Shown here: positions 9,986 through 20,700 of the stretch, piece after piece
Layout of the letters: each line of letters begins with the position of its first letter
Position numbering within the stretch: the stretch's first letter is position 1
IMG/VR virus record: IMGVR_UViG_3300030673_000004
Location: 310,001 to 374,000 of that record
Reading direction: 5' to 3' (one strand)
Length of the DNA stretch: 64,000 nucleotides
Translations under genes and position numbers: made by a program
The notes under the pieces: generated by a model
The model's input: the letters and a program-made list of their open reading frames with translations, nothing else
What the model was told of the DNA's origin: nothing
The model's database searches: none

Positions 9986-10408
9986 ATGGCACTACCACAG
10001 TTTCAAAAAACCAGTTATGGCATCCGTATGATGAATCAACGCTTGTATGATGGTACAAGCTTTCAGATTACGCACTACCAAATAGGTGCTGGTGGGCATG
10101 ATGCTACCACAAACCAGCCTATCCCCGTAGACACAGCACTACTTGAGTTACCATCAGCTACAACAGGAACTATCGCACTGACTGCTGGAAGTGTAATTCA
10201 AACGGCCTACGATACCCTGCAATTCACACTAACACTGGGAAAAGGTGTTGGCACAGGAGCGGTATCAAACGTTGGTTTATGGGCATCCTCCGGCGTTAAT
10301 TCAGATGGAACCCTAATATCACCATTTCTCTTTGCCATAGCTAATCTAGGATACAGAACAAAGCTAGCAAATGAGACACACGAATACGTTATTGAACTAG
10401 TAAGCTGA
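9986..10408 (+). CDS. Tail-collar/fibre-attachment-like protein (DUF3751-like)
   Basis: SD GAGGA. The pattern FQITHYQIGAGG...LQFTLTL...SNVGLWA...LFAIAN...K resembles tail-collar fibre N-terminal domains. It precedes a tail fibre gene. Confidence 0.5.
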   Translation: MALPQFQKTSYGIRMMNQRLYDGTSFQITHYQIGAGGHDATTNQPIPVDTALLELPSATTGTIALTAGSVIQTAYDTLQFTLTLGKGVGTGAVSNVGLWASSGVNSDGTLISPFLFAIANLGYRTKLANETHEYVIELVS

Positions 10409-10419
10409 GGATTAATACA

Positions 10420-13400
10420 ATGACAATGAAGGCTGTTTTCTCCTATTCGAATCCCGATGCTACCACAGATATGAATGCACACTTCCGCATTCTATTTAAG
10501 AAGGGTATTGTATCTGGTGGATTAATTACACCTGTTGGTGGAACATACCAAGTTACAGTCAGCGCCTTCACTGCAGTCTCTTACGATGGCATGGTTGTAG
10601 AACAGGATGCTGCAACTACATTAACCATACCGAGCAGCACTAAAGGGACAACGTATTATGTAGTCCTGGTTGCTCAATACAATGCACCAGCATCGCCAAC
10701 ACTACAATTACAGGTAATGTCCAGCACGACATATGCAGCAAGTCCTACAGACTACTTCATTATTCTCGGCAGTGTTACATTAGCCTCAACCAGTACGTCA
10801 GTACTAAATAACAATATCTCTTACGTAGCTAGAGATGTTACCACTAAAGTTGGGTATCTAAACATTCAGGGAAGCATTTCCATGAATGATACGCCACCTA
10901 ATACAGGGAATCGCTCTGGTGACCTCTATGTAATCTATGATAGCACACCACCATACTTCATTGTATGGAACGGAGCAGAGTGGACAAAGTTCACGGACTA
11001 TTCGAGCCTCGCTGAAGAGTATGAAGTTCACGTAACGGATAATGGTGACTTCACAGGCACAACAGCAATGACCGATGCTAGACATGTCACCAAATCAATT
11101 AAGGCAGCATTGGTTGGTACGACAGGTACACCAAGTGCAACTAATCTGTTTGTTACTCAGACAGATACCGCACTGCTCAGCCCGGATGAGCAAGCAGCAC
11201 TGAGCAACGCTGTTGGCGGAACACTAACAGCAAGTAACCCGGTCGTTGCCAAAAACTTAGCAACACTTGAAGAGCGTGTTGTTGCATACACAGCATCGGT
11301 TGGGGGCCAGACATCAGCACAGATTGCGGCTACAATCAGTGGCTCAATCGTATCTGTATTTGTTGGCACACGTGGGATTGAATCTGATCTCAGCGGTAAC
11401 AGCGTCTCTACAGCACGACAGTTCTTTCGAGTAGAGGACGCTTTTGGAAAAGGTCTTGTATTAAACAGTGTAGCTACCTACATCACAGATGTGACAATGA
11501 ATAGCTCCTCATTTGATACACAAGGAGCCGCTAACGTAGGAGAATCTGGCTTTTGGGATGGAACAGGAACACTGAGTGTTAAATTCAACACAACCATTCC
11601 GGCAGGTACCGTATTTTATGTCAGATACAATATTCAAGGAACAATAGCATCACTGTCTCCGGCCAATAGAGCCACAGGTGCTAGTGGCCGGTATGCCATA
11701 CCAGCAACGGGATATCGTAATGACATAAACTCCTATATTGAATCCTACTCAATACAGACAAACACAATAACAACGACAGCAATTAATATAAAAGGGCAAT
11801 CTTTCGCAGCCAAAGGAACACCGAGCGCCCCAAGTTATACTTTTACAGCAGACAATACGACAGGATTTTTCTACGTAGGAACAACAACAGAGAACCACCT
11901 AACAGATTATCAAGGGTTAGGTTTTGCTATTGGTGGTCAAACACTACTAGTAATGGGAAAAGCGACAGCTACTTTGGATATGAGTGGTGCCTACCATATG
12001 CTAGAGGCAGATGTAGATACTAATGGCTATCCATACCACAAATGGGCGCTCGTAACTTCAACTGCTGGGGGTTCCGGAACAACAGGCTCCTTCATGTTTG
12101 GGACAGCCAACTACTTGTCTGATTTTACACCGGCATTTGGAATCCTATGGCAGCCCTCTAGGGCACAAACATTTAATAAGTCTCAACCTTATGTAAGCAT
12201 TCAACGAGATGTTGCTATTGAAGCTCTCGGATCAACAGACACATACCAACTAAGTGTTATGGGCGGTACTGCAAGTGCCCCAGGTATCACATTTAACCGA
12301 AGTCAGAGCGGATTTTACTACTTTGATGATATGGGTGATGCTAAACACTCCCTGTACAAGGGTATTGCCGTAGCCATTAACGGATCTCCTTTAGTTGTTA
12401 TGGGTAACAACAGTGCCTCCATATCAGGATCTGCCTATGCCACTCAGTACCTCATGATTGAAAAGAGTGACAACAGTGATGTTCGTTTAGGTATGTTTGG
12501 ATATCAAACAGCAGGAGCACTGAGATTAGGATACTCGTACTATCTAGATGATTGGGTTGATCAAATTGTTCTCGGTGACGACATTCGTGTATATGATGAT
12601 TTAGTTTCTACCCGAAACATAACATGTACGACAGTAACTAGTACCACAGCCACAAGAGCACCTATGCACATCGCAACAACCGATGGTACTACGAGTGCGC
12701 CTGCGTACAGCTTTGCCAGTAACCCTAGCTGGGGTATGTATTTAGCAGGAAGTATTCAAAATAGTGATCTATACTTAGGTACAAGACTTACGCTAGCTGT
12801 TAACGGATACGATCATTTAGCACTAGGACGAGATACTTGGCTAGGCTATTCAAGTGCGCCTATTGCCCCTCTAGAGATAAATTCCTACGCACAAGGGTCT
12901 AATGCTGAATTTGGTTACAACATAGCAATACCATTTACAGTCAGCAATGGGGGCACACATAAAATAAAATTCGGTACCTCTTACTACAACAGTGATTTTG
13001 ATGAAGAATTTACTCTGATTACTTACGGAAGTGGTGCATCATCCGAGTTGCATGCATACTGTCAATTCCACATCGAGTCAGGATCTTCCTTCTACATGCA
13101 CACAGGAGTAGGTACAGGACATGATGATCTTATCTCAAGGGTTGACTGCTTGTACTCCACACCCCTCAATGATAGGTATTTCACAGTTAATAGCTGCATG
13201 TCTGTTAGCAACGGGCTATACGTAACAGCCTTTGGCACAACAACAGCAGCTCAATTAGTTCTTGGGTCAGGAACTATGAATACTACATGGACAAGAGCTA
13301 ACAGTACTACAGTTAAGGATTGGTTTCAAACAAAGGTTAATAATCTTTCAAGTATACTAGATGTAAGTGGTGCTTGGAATGGAACATCAACGGGCACCCC

Positions 13401-13512
13401 GTCGCTGAGCAGTGTAGCGACAGCTTTGCAGAATTTAATTGCTATGCTTGGATATAATACTACAAATGCGGCAGAGAGTACATTACACACCTTGTTCACA
13501 TACACACACTGA
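10420..13512 (+). CDS. Tail fibre / baseplate-anchored fibre protein
   Basis: Thr/Ser/Gly-rich, with a baseplate-anchor-like N-terminus and three G-T-x-S-A-P-x-(Y/I)-(T/S)-F repeats typical of phage fibres. Confidence 0.65.
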   Translation: MTMKAVFSYSNPDATTDMNAHFRILFKKGIVSGGLITPVGGTYQVTVSAFTAVSYDGMVVEQDAATTLTIPSSTKGTTYYVVLVAQYNAPASPTLQLQVMSSTTYAASPTDYFIILGSVTLASTSTSVLNNNISYVARDVTTKVGYLNIQGSISMNDTPPNTGNRSGDLYVIYDSTPPYFIVWNGAEWTKFTDYSSLAEEYEVHVTDNGDFTGTTAMTDARHVTKSIKAALVGTTGTPSATNLFVTQTDTALLSPDEQAALSNAVGGTLTASNPVVAKNLATLEERVVAYTASVGGQTSAQIAATISGSIVSVFVGTRGIESDLSGNSVSTARQFFRVEDAFGKGLVLNSVATYITDVTMNSSSFDTQGAANVGESGFWDGTGTLSVKFNTTIPAGTVFYVRYNIQGTIASLSPANRATGASGRYAIPATGYRNDINSYIESYSIQTNTITTTAINIKGQSFAAKGTPSAPSYTFTADNTTGFFYVGTTTENHLTDYQGLGFAIGGQTLLVMGKATATLDMSGAYHMLEADVDTNGYPYHKWALVTSTAGGSGTTGSFMFGTANYLSDFTPAFGILWQPSRAQTFNKSQPYVSIQRDVAIEALGSTDTYQLSVMGGTASAPGITFNRSQSGFYYFDDMGDAKHSLYKGIAVAINGSPLVVMGNNSASISGSAYATQYLMIEKSDNSDVRLGMFGYQTAGALRLGYSYYLDDWVDQIVLGDDIRVYDDLVSTRNITCTTVTSTTATRAPMHIATTDGTTSAPAYSFASNPSWGMYLAGSIQNSDLYLGTRLTLAVNGYDHLALGRDTWLGYSSAPIAPLEINSYAQGSNAEFGYNIAIPFTVSNGGTHKIKFGTSYYNSDFDEEFTLITYGSGASSELHAYCQFHIESGSSFYMHTGVGTGHDDLISRVDCLYSTPLNDRYFTVNSCMSVSNGLYVTAFGTTTAAQLVLGSGTMNTTWTRANSTTVKDWFQTKVNNLSSILDVSGAWNGTSTGTPSLSSVATALQNLIAMLGYNTTNAAESTLHTLFTYTH

Positions 13513-13528
13513 TAACCAAACTACACAT

Positions 13529-13569
13529 ATAAACAAAAAAAGAGCTGTTACGCTCTTTTTTTTGTTTAT
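13529..13569. terminator. Bidirectional intrinsic terminator
   Basis: ataaac-A7-gagc, loop tgttac, gctc-T8-gtttat. Near-perfect inverted repeat with A and T tracts. Confidence 0.8.
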
Positions 13570-13602
13570 TATAAGTTAAGAACATATATGTAAATAAAAA
13601 AG

Positions 13603-15780
13603 ATGATAGCATTAATTATATTGGTACATAATCAAAGCCAGTACCTATTAGACTTAGAGCAGGCGCTGCTACAACAGACGCGACAGCCAGATAAGATAGT
13701 TTTTGTGGTTGATCGGTGCTTGGCCGATTTCCAAGCAGCAACAAGCATAGCAGAAAAACACACAAACTGGTTAGCGCTTCATGTTAACCTGGACCAACTA
13801 GAGACCAGTTCCTGCTTAATAGGTAAATCCAGAGATGCAGCACTTAAACTTGTACCAGACTACAATGTAATATTTACAGACGCCGATTGTACACCAAGCC
13901 CACGCTTGATTGAGCATCACGCAAAATACTTAGAGAACGATTCTGAAATTATTGCTACTGCAGGTGTACGCATATCAATTAATCAGGATGGATCTCAAAG
14001 CGGTGACATCAGATTAACAGAGATGCCGTTTAGAAGAACATCCTTTAATCCAGATGTCGATAGAATAGCTTTAAGTGAGCAAGCTGACAACCCTATGGTT
14101 TTATTTGGATGTAATTTTGGATTAAACCTAAGAGCAATAGAGTGTATAAAACAAATACATAAAAATATCTTTAATGAAGATAGAGTATTTTCATCCGTGT
14201 TTGACTCAGCTTGGGGATATGAAGAATCATCTCTAGGACCGTTACTATATAATCAGGGGGGGAAACTAATACTGCTAGCGACAGAACAAAGTAACGTCAC
14301 GCACCACTGGCACAACAGTCGCAAAACAGATACACAAGCAAGAACAGCAAGTCAGTATATAAACAAAACCTGCTTATGTCCTGTAACAATAACTAAAAAT
14401 AGCTATAATTGCTATAACGCAGTCAGTAACTTACCGCAATGGCTAACGAGTATACTTAAAGAATACACACAAAGAGAACAAGCTGAAATTGCAGACTGCT
14501 TATATCAGCGTGCTACAAAAGTAGCAGGTACGGAAAAAACAGACCCAAATAACATAAATAAGGTTACCCAGTTCTTAAACAAGCATCGTTTCTATGTTGA
14601 AGTGCCTAATGATGGTACACAAATAGAAAAGACCGAATCTTGCCGTGTCCTACCGAAAACAGCATATACAAGCTGTGACGCAACTGTTGTGCTACCTATG
14701 CACAACCAGGAAAACAATGTTGACCGTATCCTCACAGCGCTAAGCCAACAATCAAAACTACCAAAAGAACTAATCATAGTTGCCGATAGATGCACCGATG
14801 GAACAACAGCTAAAATTAGAAATATCCAAAGTACACTACCATTTGAAACAACACTACGAATACGGTGTCCTACGGAAGAGGGCTTCAGAGCAGGCCAGGT
14901 TAGAAATGACGGAATAGATCAAGCAAAAGCTACCAACATTCTTATGCTAGATGGTGACTGCGTGCCTGCACCACGGTGGGTTGAAGCGCACATGGACATT
15001 CTAGAAAAAGCAACTGTACCCTGTGCTACATTTGGAATACGACACGACCAGATAGAGGAAGCATCACCCAATACTCGTTCGGACACACGCACATACCGAA
15101 CAACAATACCTATTTTTGCAAGAACAGAAGCAAGAGTAACCACGTTCAAAGGTGTGATCTATGGGGGCATGGGTACATGGTCGTGTAACCTAGGATTAAA
15201 TAAAGCAGCGGTAATGTTACTGAAGCAATTGAATAATGGCTCAGTATTCTCAAACCAATTAACACAAGGTGTCTGGGGTGGTGAAGATACATACCTAGGA
15301 ATGCAGCTCTGGGATAATTGGGCAATGTGTGTAGCAACAAACCCAGAAAAAGGCAGCGTATATCATATCTGGCATAGCCGATACTCAGGTAAAGTCGGTA
15401 CAGATCATATGCTTAGACTAAAGCATAGCCAGATCCCAACAATGTTTTATAGAAATAAAACACGACTAACAAACATTGCAGACACTGAAATACAACTACT
15501 TGCAACACACACTATAAAAGATCTACCTGGTGTATATAAACTATACATAGACAATGCACTTAAATATAGCCCAGATGAAGTAACGACACAAAAAGCATTA
15601 GCGTACTACTTAGCGAGAACAGTCGTGTTTGAAGAATGTCCAAAGGGTACTCAAGAACAGCTACAGACAGATGCCATGTATAAAGAACTCTGTCGCATTC
15701 GCGATCTAGTTGCAATGACTAAAATTGATATGCTAGACTACCAAGAAGCCCTCAAGGATAAAATAACACTACAATTTTAG
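13603..15780 (+). CDS. Tandem two-domain GT2 (GT-A fold) glycosyltransferase
   Basis: Two copies of (I/V)(I/V)L.HNQ...L.AL.QQ...P...I.V.DRC...R+...D(A/G)DC.P...H...CN.GLN...WG.E(E/D)..LG...V.H.WH, with DxD motifs DADC (~13880) and DGDC (~14950). Confidence 0.85.
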   Translation: MIALIILVHNQSQYLLDLEQALLQQTRQPDKIVFVVDRCLADFQAATSIAEKHTNWLALHVNLDQLETSSCLIGKSRDAALKLVPDYNVIFTDADCTPSPRLIEHHAKYLENDSEIIATAGVRISINQDGSQSGDIRLTEMPFRRTSFNPDVDRIALSEQADNPMVLFGCNFGLNLRAIECIKQIHKNIFNEDRVFSSVFDSAWGYEESSLGPLLYNQGGKLILLATEQSNVTHHWHNSRKTDTQARTASQYINKTCLCPVTITKNSYNCYNAVSNLPQWLTSILKEYTQREQAEIADCLYQRATKVAGTEKTDPNNINKVTQFLNKHRFYVEVPNDGTQIEKTESCRVLPKTAYTSCDATVVLPMHNQENNVDRILTALSQQSKLPKELIIVADRCTDGTTAKIRNIQSTLPFETTLRIRCPTEEGFRAGQVRNDGIDQAKATNILMLDGDCVPAPRWVEAHMDILEKATVPCATFGIRHDQIEEASPNTRSDTRTYRTTIPIFARTEARVTTFKGVIYGGMGTWSCNLGLNKAAVMLLKQLNNGSVFSNQLTQGVWGGEDTYLGMQLWDNWAMCVATNPEKGSVYHIWHSRYSGKVGTDHMLRLKHSQIPTMFYRNKTRLTNIADTEIQLLATHTIKDLPGVYKLYIDNALKYSPDEVTTQKALAYYLARTVVFEECPKGTQEQLQTDAMYKELCRIRDLVAMTKIDMLDYQEALKDKITLQF

Positions 15781-15804
15781 TAAAAGTAGCAACTTCTTTG
15801 TACC

Positions 15805-16287
15805 ATGGAACAAGAAAAAGAAGCTATACTGCAAACGAGCATTGAAGTATCTACTACATGTGATTTGTGGCTAGACAGTCTTGCTCTAATCTATCACACA
15901 TACTACTGTGCTCATGTTGGTCATTGGAACATCAAGGGAGAATCATTCTCAGCTTGGCATAAGTTCCTGAATGACGCTTATGAATTCTGGCATGATCTAG
16001 CCGATACTGTAGCAGAACATATCCGGGCCACGTTCAAAGAAGACATCCCCAATAATTTCCAAGTACTCCTTCGTAGGATACAAGGTGACCCAACAGCAGA
16101 CATAGAGCCCGATGGGCTAGGCTACTTCCAGGCTCTTTTAGTCTACCAGGAAGCGGCTGCTACTGTATTTGATATGCTCGCGAAGAAAGCAGATGCTGAA
16201 AGTGACCAAGCATCCTTAGATCTTGCAGCATCGACACTCCGCGAGATCAAAAAGTATATCTGGCAAACACGAAGCCACTTGGACTAA
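15805..16287 (+). CDS. dps: Dps / ferritin-like DNA protection protein
   Basis: HWNIKGESFSAWHKFLNDAY...ADTVAEHI matches the Dps ferroxidase signature HWN..G..F...H...E.Y...D..AER. Confidence 0.8.
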   Translation: MEQEKEAILQTSIEVSTTCDLWLDSLALIYHTYYCAHVGHWNIKGESFSAWHKFLNDAYEFWHDLADTVAEHIRATFKEDIPNNFQVLLRRIQGDPTADIEPDGLGYFQALLVYQEAAATVFDMLAKKADAESDQASLDLAASTLREIKKYIWQTRSHLD

Positions 16288-16295
16288 TCTAAGAT

Positions 16296-16703
16296 ATGTC
16301 GTCAGATATGCTAAAGAATACACTACGCATAGGACACAAGGCAGTAGCCTCGCGTGTATCCATTATGGAATTAACACAGTCGTTAACAGACCGAGGTATT
16401 CGCCATATTATTGCTCCCGATGGATCTGTCTTAGTCCCAAAAGGAACTAAAACAAATGAAGATCTATCGTCTAAGGTACAAGAAATAATAAAAATACTCC
16501 AACGAGACCCAAGTAATTCAATGAAAGTAGCCATTGAATTAAACACCAATGTGCCAGATAACAAAAGAACAGTAACAATTAAGAATAACTCTATGATAGA
16601 GGGATCCTGGATTCTTACCACCAAGGAACTCGCGGAGTTGTTCGATCACAAGGACTACTTCCCTGTAGAACTTCAACTCACAACCGAGGAAACATCAGAA
16701 TGA
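16296..16703 (+). CDS. Hypothetical protein; N-terminal motif shared with the next gene
   Basis: LTQSLTDRGIRHIIAPDGSVLV resembles MTQALAARGHESIITASGEILI of 16700..17362. Confidence 0.7.
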   Translation: MSSDMLKNTLRIGHKAVASRVSIMELTQSLTDRGIRHIIAPDGSVLVPKGTKTNEDLSSKVQEIIKILQRDPSNSMKVAIELNTNVPDNKRTVTIKNNSMIEGSWILTTKELAELFDHKDYFPVELQLTTEETSE

Positions 16704-17362
16704 ACACAGAAAACGTAACTAAGATGACACAGGCTCTTGCTGCACGTGGCCACGAGAGCATCATTACAGCCTCAGGTGAGATCCTGATTGCAACGTCTAA
16801 GGCGAAGTTGCACGCGGCTGAAAAGGTACGTACTATTCTTCCATCAACAGCAAAGTTTGATGGTGAAAAGTGGGCTACCACATACGAAGGCCAGTACATC
16901 ACAGATCCGGCAGAATTGGCTCGGTTGCGTGAAGAAGCTAAGTCCAATGAAGAGACAGCTTTGCGCTTGGGCAAGATCTCCGGTAAGGGTGATAAGCAAG
17001 AAGCCTTTCTAAAGTCCGGCCCTGTTGTTGAACTGGATAAAAAAGCTATTTCTGAGTACATGAAGGGTCTGGACAAGACAACTAAGGCTCGCAAGGATCA
17101 GGCTACACAACCAGAAAAGCCTAAGGCACCGGCAGTAAAGCAGAATGAAGGCGAAGCTGGCAAGAAGACTGAAAAGACTGTTGCTAAGCGTAAGACTGCT
17201 TCTGTAAAAACAGAAGAGAGTGAAGCTGGCAAGAAGACCGAGTCTATTGTAGCCAAGCGCAAAAATGCTAAAGCTGATGAAGGCAAGAACTTCCAACAAG
17301 AAGCTCCTAAGCCAGCAGCAGTACCGAAGACAGGTAATGGATCTAAGCCTGCTAAAAAGTAA
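16700..17362 (+). CDS. Hypothetical protein with a Lys/Ala/Glu-rich repeated C-terminus
   Basis: Duplicated EAGKKTE..VAKRK.A unit. Followed by a strong terminator. Confidence 0.75.
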   Translation: MNTENVTKMTQALAARGHESIITASGEILIATSKAKLHAAEKVRTILPSTAKFDGEKWATTYEGQYITDPAELARLREEAKSNEETALRLGKISGKGDKQEAFLKSGPVVELDKKAISEYMKGLDKTTKARKDQATQPEKPKAPAVKQNEGEAGKKTEKTVAKRKTASVKTEESEAGKKTESIVAKRKNAKADEGKNFQQEAPKPAAVPKTGNGSKPAKK

Positions 17363-17385
17363 GCATAGATAACTTGGTGGTAAAT

Positions 17386-17426
17386 AGATTAGGCCAGGGT
17401 AATACTATCCTGGCCTAATCTCTTTT
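17386..17426 (+). terminator. Intrinsic terminator
   Basis: Perfect 13-bp stem agattaggccagg / cctggcctaatct followed by cttttt. Confidence 0.85.
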
Positions 17427-17437
17427 TAAGGAAACAT

Positions 17438-17755
17438 ATGGCCAAGCAACGCATAGAACCACCGACACAGCCAGCAGAACCATCCACCGAGATGCAACGG
17501 TTATCAGCTATTGTAGGGGAAGATGCACTAGGGCAGAAATCTGATGACGGGATTCCACACCCACCCTATGATCAAGTTCCCTATCTCAATAATGAGATAA
17601 CATTCAAGGACCGTGAAGCTGAGCTAGCGCTTATGATTCAGCTACTGGATTTCCGCAAGAAGAAAGCAGTAGAAGAACTGTACTATGTACAGAACTGCAG
17701 AGATCATAGGTACTATCCAGATATTGTTCACCAGGACCCAGATAAGGCCCAATAA
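17438..17755 (+). CDS. Hypothetical protein
   Basis: SD AAGGA upstream. No motif recognised. Confidence 0.7.
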   Translation: MAKQRIEPPTQPAEPSTEMQRLSAIVGEDALGQKSDDGIPHPPYDQVPYLNNEITFKDREAELALMIQLLDFRKKKAVEELYYVQNCRDHRYYPDIVHQDPDKAQ

Positions 17756-17764
17756 GGATTTAGC

Positions 17765-20700
17765 ATGGCGAACTTACAAACATATTATGTAGATCTCTCT
17801 TTAAGCAATTCTGTTGTTGGGGAAGGCACAGCAACAAATAAATACTCATGGGGAGATGTACTACGTTGGTTCGCTACTCTAAATGCGTCACCGTTTGATA
17901 CACCGAACGCTCTTGATGAGGGCATTCCCTTTGATATGACAGGTGTGAGTGTTGAATTTAGAATGACAGGCAAAAAGACAATGCTAGTAACTGATGTACT
18001 AGCATTGTCTAATCTTGAATTCTTCTTAGATGCATTCATTCGTTTCACAAGCGATGATCCTGCTACCAACGGTGTACCTGTCTGGCAGTTCGCGTCAAAC
18101 ACAACACTAGATACGTTCATATCTCTAACTCTAGGCTCCGCAGCCAACATTAAGATACAGGGTGTCTTTCTTGACATAGAAGGCTCCGTAGGAACCTTAA
18201 TATCCAATACTAGTGACAACGGAAAAACAACACTAGAGAACAACATAATCGTAGCTCGAAATAAGACCACAGTAATAAACTCAACAGCTACTTATGGTGC
18301 AATAACATTCGCAGGGAATACCGTTCTCGTTGGATCTATCGCAAGTGGTCAGCATGTTCTTGTTTCTAGTACAGGAGCTAATACATCAATTGCCGTATCC
18401 CACAACATTGTAGGACAACACGTAGACTCAGGCTCAGCCATGGTTGCCTTCTCAGCAGACAGCACAAACACAATCACAGCATCTGGAAATGTCTGGGCAA
18501 TCAGAGCGAATGGTAGTGCCTACACAGGCGTGTACCCAAGTGCAGGCAATGGTGCCCCAGATGTATTTGGACAAGTTCTAACCGATGTAGTCTACGGGGA
18601 TACAACCCTAGGTGGAACTACGGTAGACTTCACAACAATCTTAAATACTGACACGGATATGGCACGAGGTTGTTCTGAATTTACTATGGGATTCGCTAGA
18701 GCAAATCCCGCAGGACCGGCAACACAAATAATGTCAAGCCAAGCGGTTACAGTAACAGCTACAGATGCTGTAGGCTATCTAGACATTAATGGCAAATACC
18801 GTTCCAGTACTATTGATGCCGGAGCTATCCAAAAGAGTGGCCTGACAACAGCGAGCACAACTCATGTGGATTTAGGTTTGAGTGCTACTCGCTCAAATCG
18901 CATAGGAACAGTTGATGATCCAATCACGCGAACAGACTGGCTATTAGATTTAGTCCAGAGAGCCCCTGTAGATAACGAAATACAGTATGCTATTCGTGGC
19001 AGCATGGCTTCTGGATCAGCAACCCTTGATATCATACTTGGTACAGGATCCAACTATACAGGATCTGGGACTATTAACATAATAGGTTGGAAGACCTTTA
19101 ATAGAACATTACCTAAACTACGAATCAATTCTGTCTACTGGAATCAGACTATCAATACAACATTCCAAAAGATACAAGTGGAGTGGACAGGCACACAAGA
19201 TCTATTAACATGTCCTGCATCAGGATTAAATGCGAATGCTACAACATGCTCGCTACTTAATCTAACAGTACGAAGCAACGTAGCAAACACGGGTAGATTC
19301 CTTGCGCTACCTACAACCAGCCCTATTGTACAATTGGGTGGTGTTAGCGCGGCATTTAAGCACACAAGTGCAACAACGCAAGCTAAAGGTTATATAGCTA
19401 TTGATTCAGACCTGGCTCATAGTGTTACGCTATCAGCATTTGAACTAGCAAACCAAACAGCGCTAATGACTGTTCCGGCGCAAACAAGTGTGATCGGTAT
19501 CTATGCGCACACACCGGCAGGAACTGCGGTCGTAACAGGACCAACCGCAACATTTGCCACATTGAATGGTATAGAACCTTTTAATGATACAACGTCAGAT
19601 ACTGCGGACTTCACGCTGGTATCAACAACAAGCGCTGTTGGTATCTTAGCAGATTCCACATATCTACCAACTTCAGTGAAAACATATCTCGTGCGGGACT
19701 GTCGAGATCTAGAACGCTCAGCATACCCCTATGGCACAACAGCGCTAGATGCTGGAGCATATGAGTATGGATATAAGATATACCCGGAAATCCATCTCTA
19801 TGCAGATCTAAGCAAGACCTCTACAGGACACATCGGAACCATCATTGATAAATTCTCGTATGCTGATTTAGTAGCTTGGATTGCTACGGCAAAGACAGCA
19901 ACACTAACAAAAAAATATATTGTTCATTTGCTTCGTAGCCTAGAAGCAGACACAACAATCTTAGATTTATCAAACATTGAAGGTAACCCGTACACGGGTA
20001 GCATCACGTTTGTCACTGATAATGGTAAAAGTGCAGCAACACTCATTAGTGCGCAAGCACCTGCAGTTACAGCATATAACACACAGGGATTGAATCTTGA
20101 GTTAAACAAGATAATTCTTGGCAGTTCCTCTGGATATGGGCCTATTGCACTATCAGGAGAGAGCACCACAAAAAATACACTAACAGTTGATAACTCTATC
20201 TTAAGTTGGATTCATAGCCAAGTTGGATTCATCGTATCTCGAACAGGTACGCTATCAGGCACAGATAGTATAACAGTCAACACAGTAGTATTTGCACAAA
20301 CACAAACAACATCAGATAGTGGTAAAGATTTTGACGCGCTACTAGCTTCTATACAAAACGACAGCACCATCGGTGATCTGGTGATTGTAACAGAAGTTAC
20401 ACAAGGAACAACATACCGCATATCACCAGCCACATCTGTTGACATCACAGTAAATACGTCAACGAACATAACAAATGCACGCTGTGTTAGCCTAATTGAT
20501 GGAGATACCAATTGGACCGCACGCATTGGTGCCTGTAGCATAGCAGATAGCTTCACTAAAGACTTATCAATCCAAACAAATGTGGTAGGCTCAACACCTG
20601 TAGATTTTGCTGCAACTGCAATACAAAGTGTTGCTAGCGGAACGTCACATCTGGGAACTATCGCTACAACTGTAAACAATGTCTATGGGCTCGTCTACTC

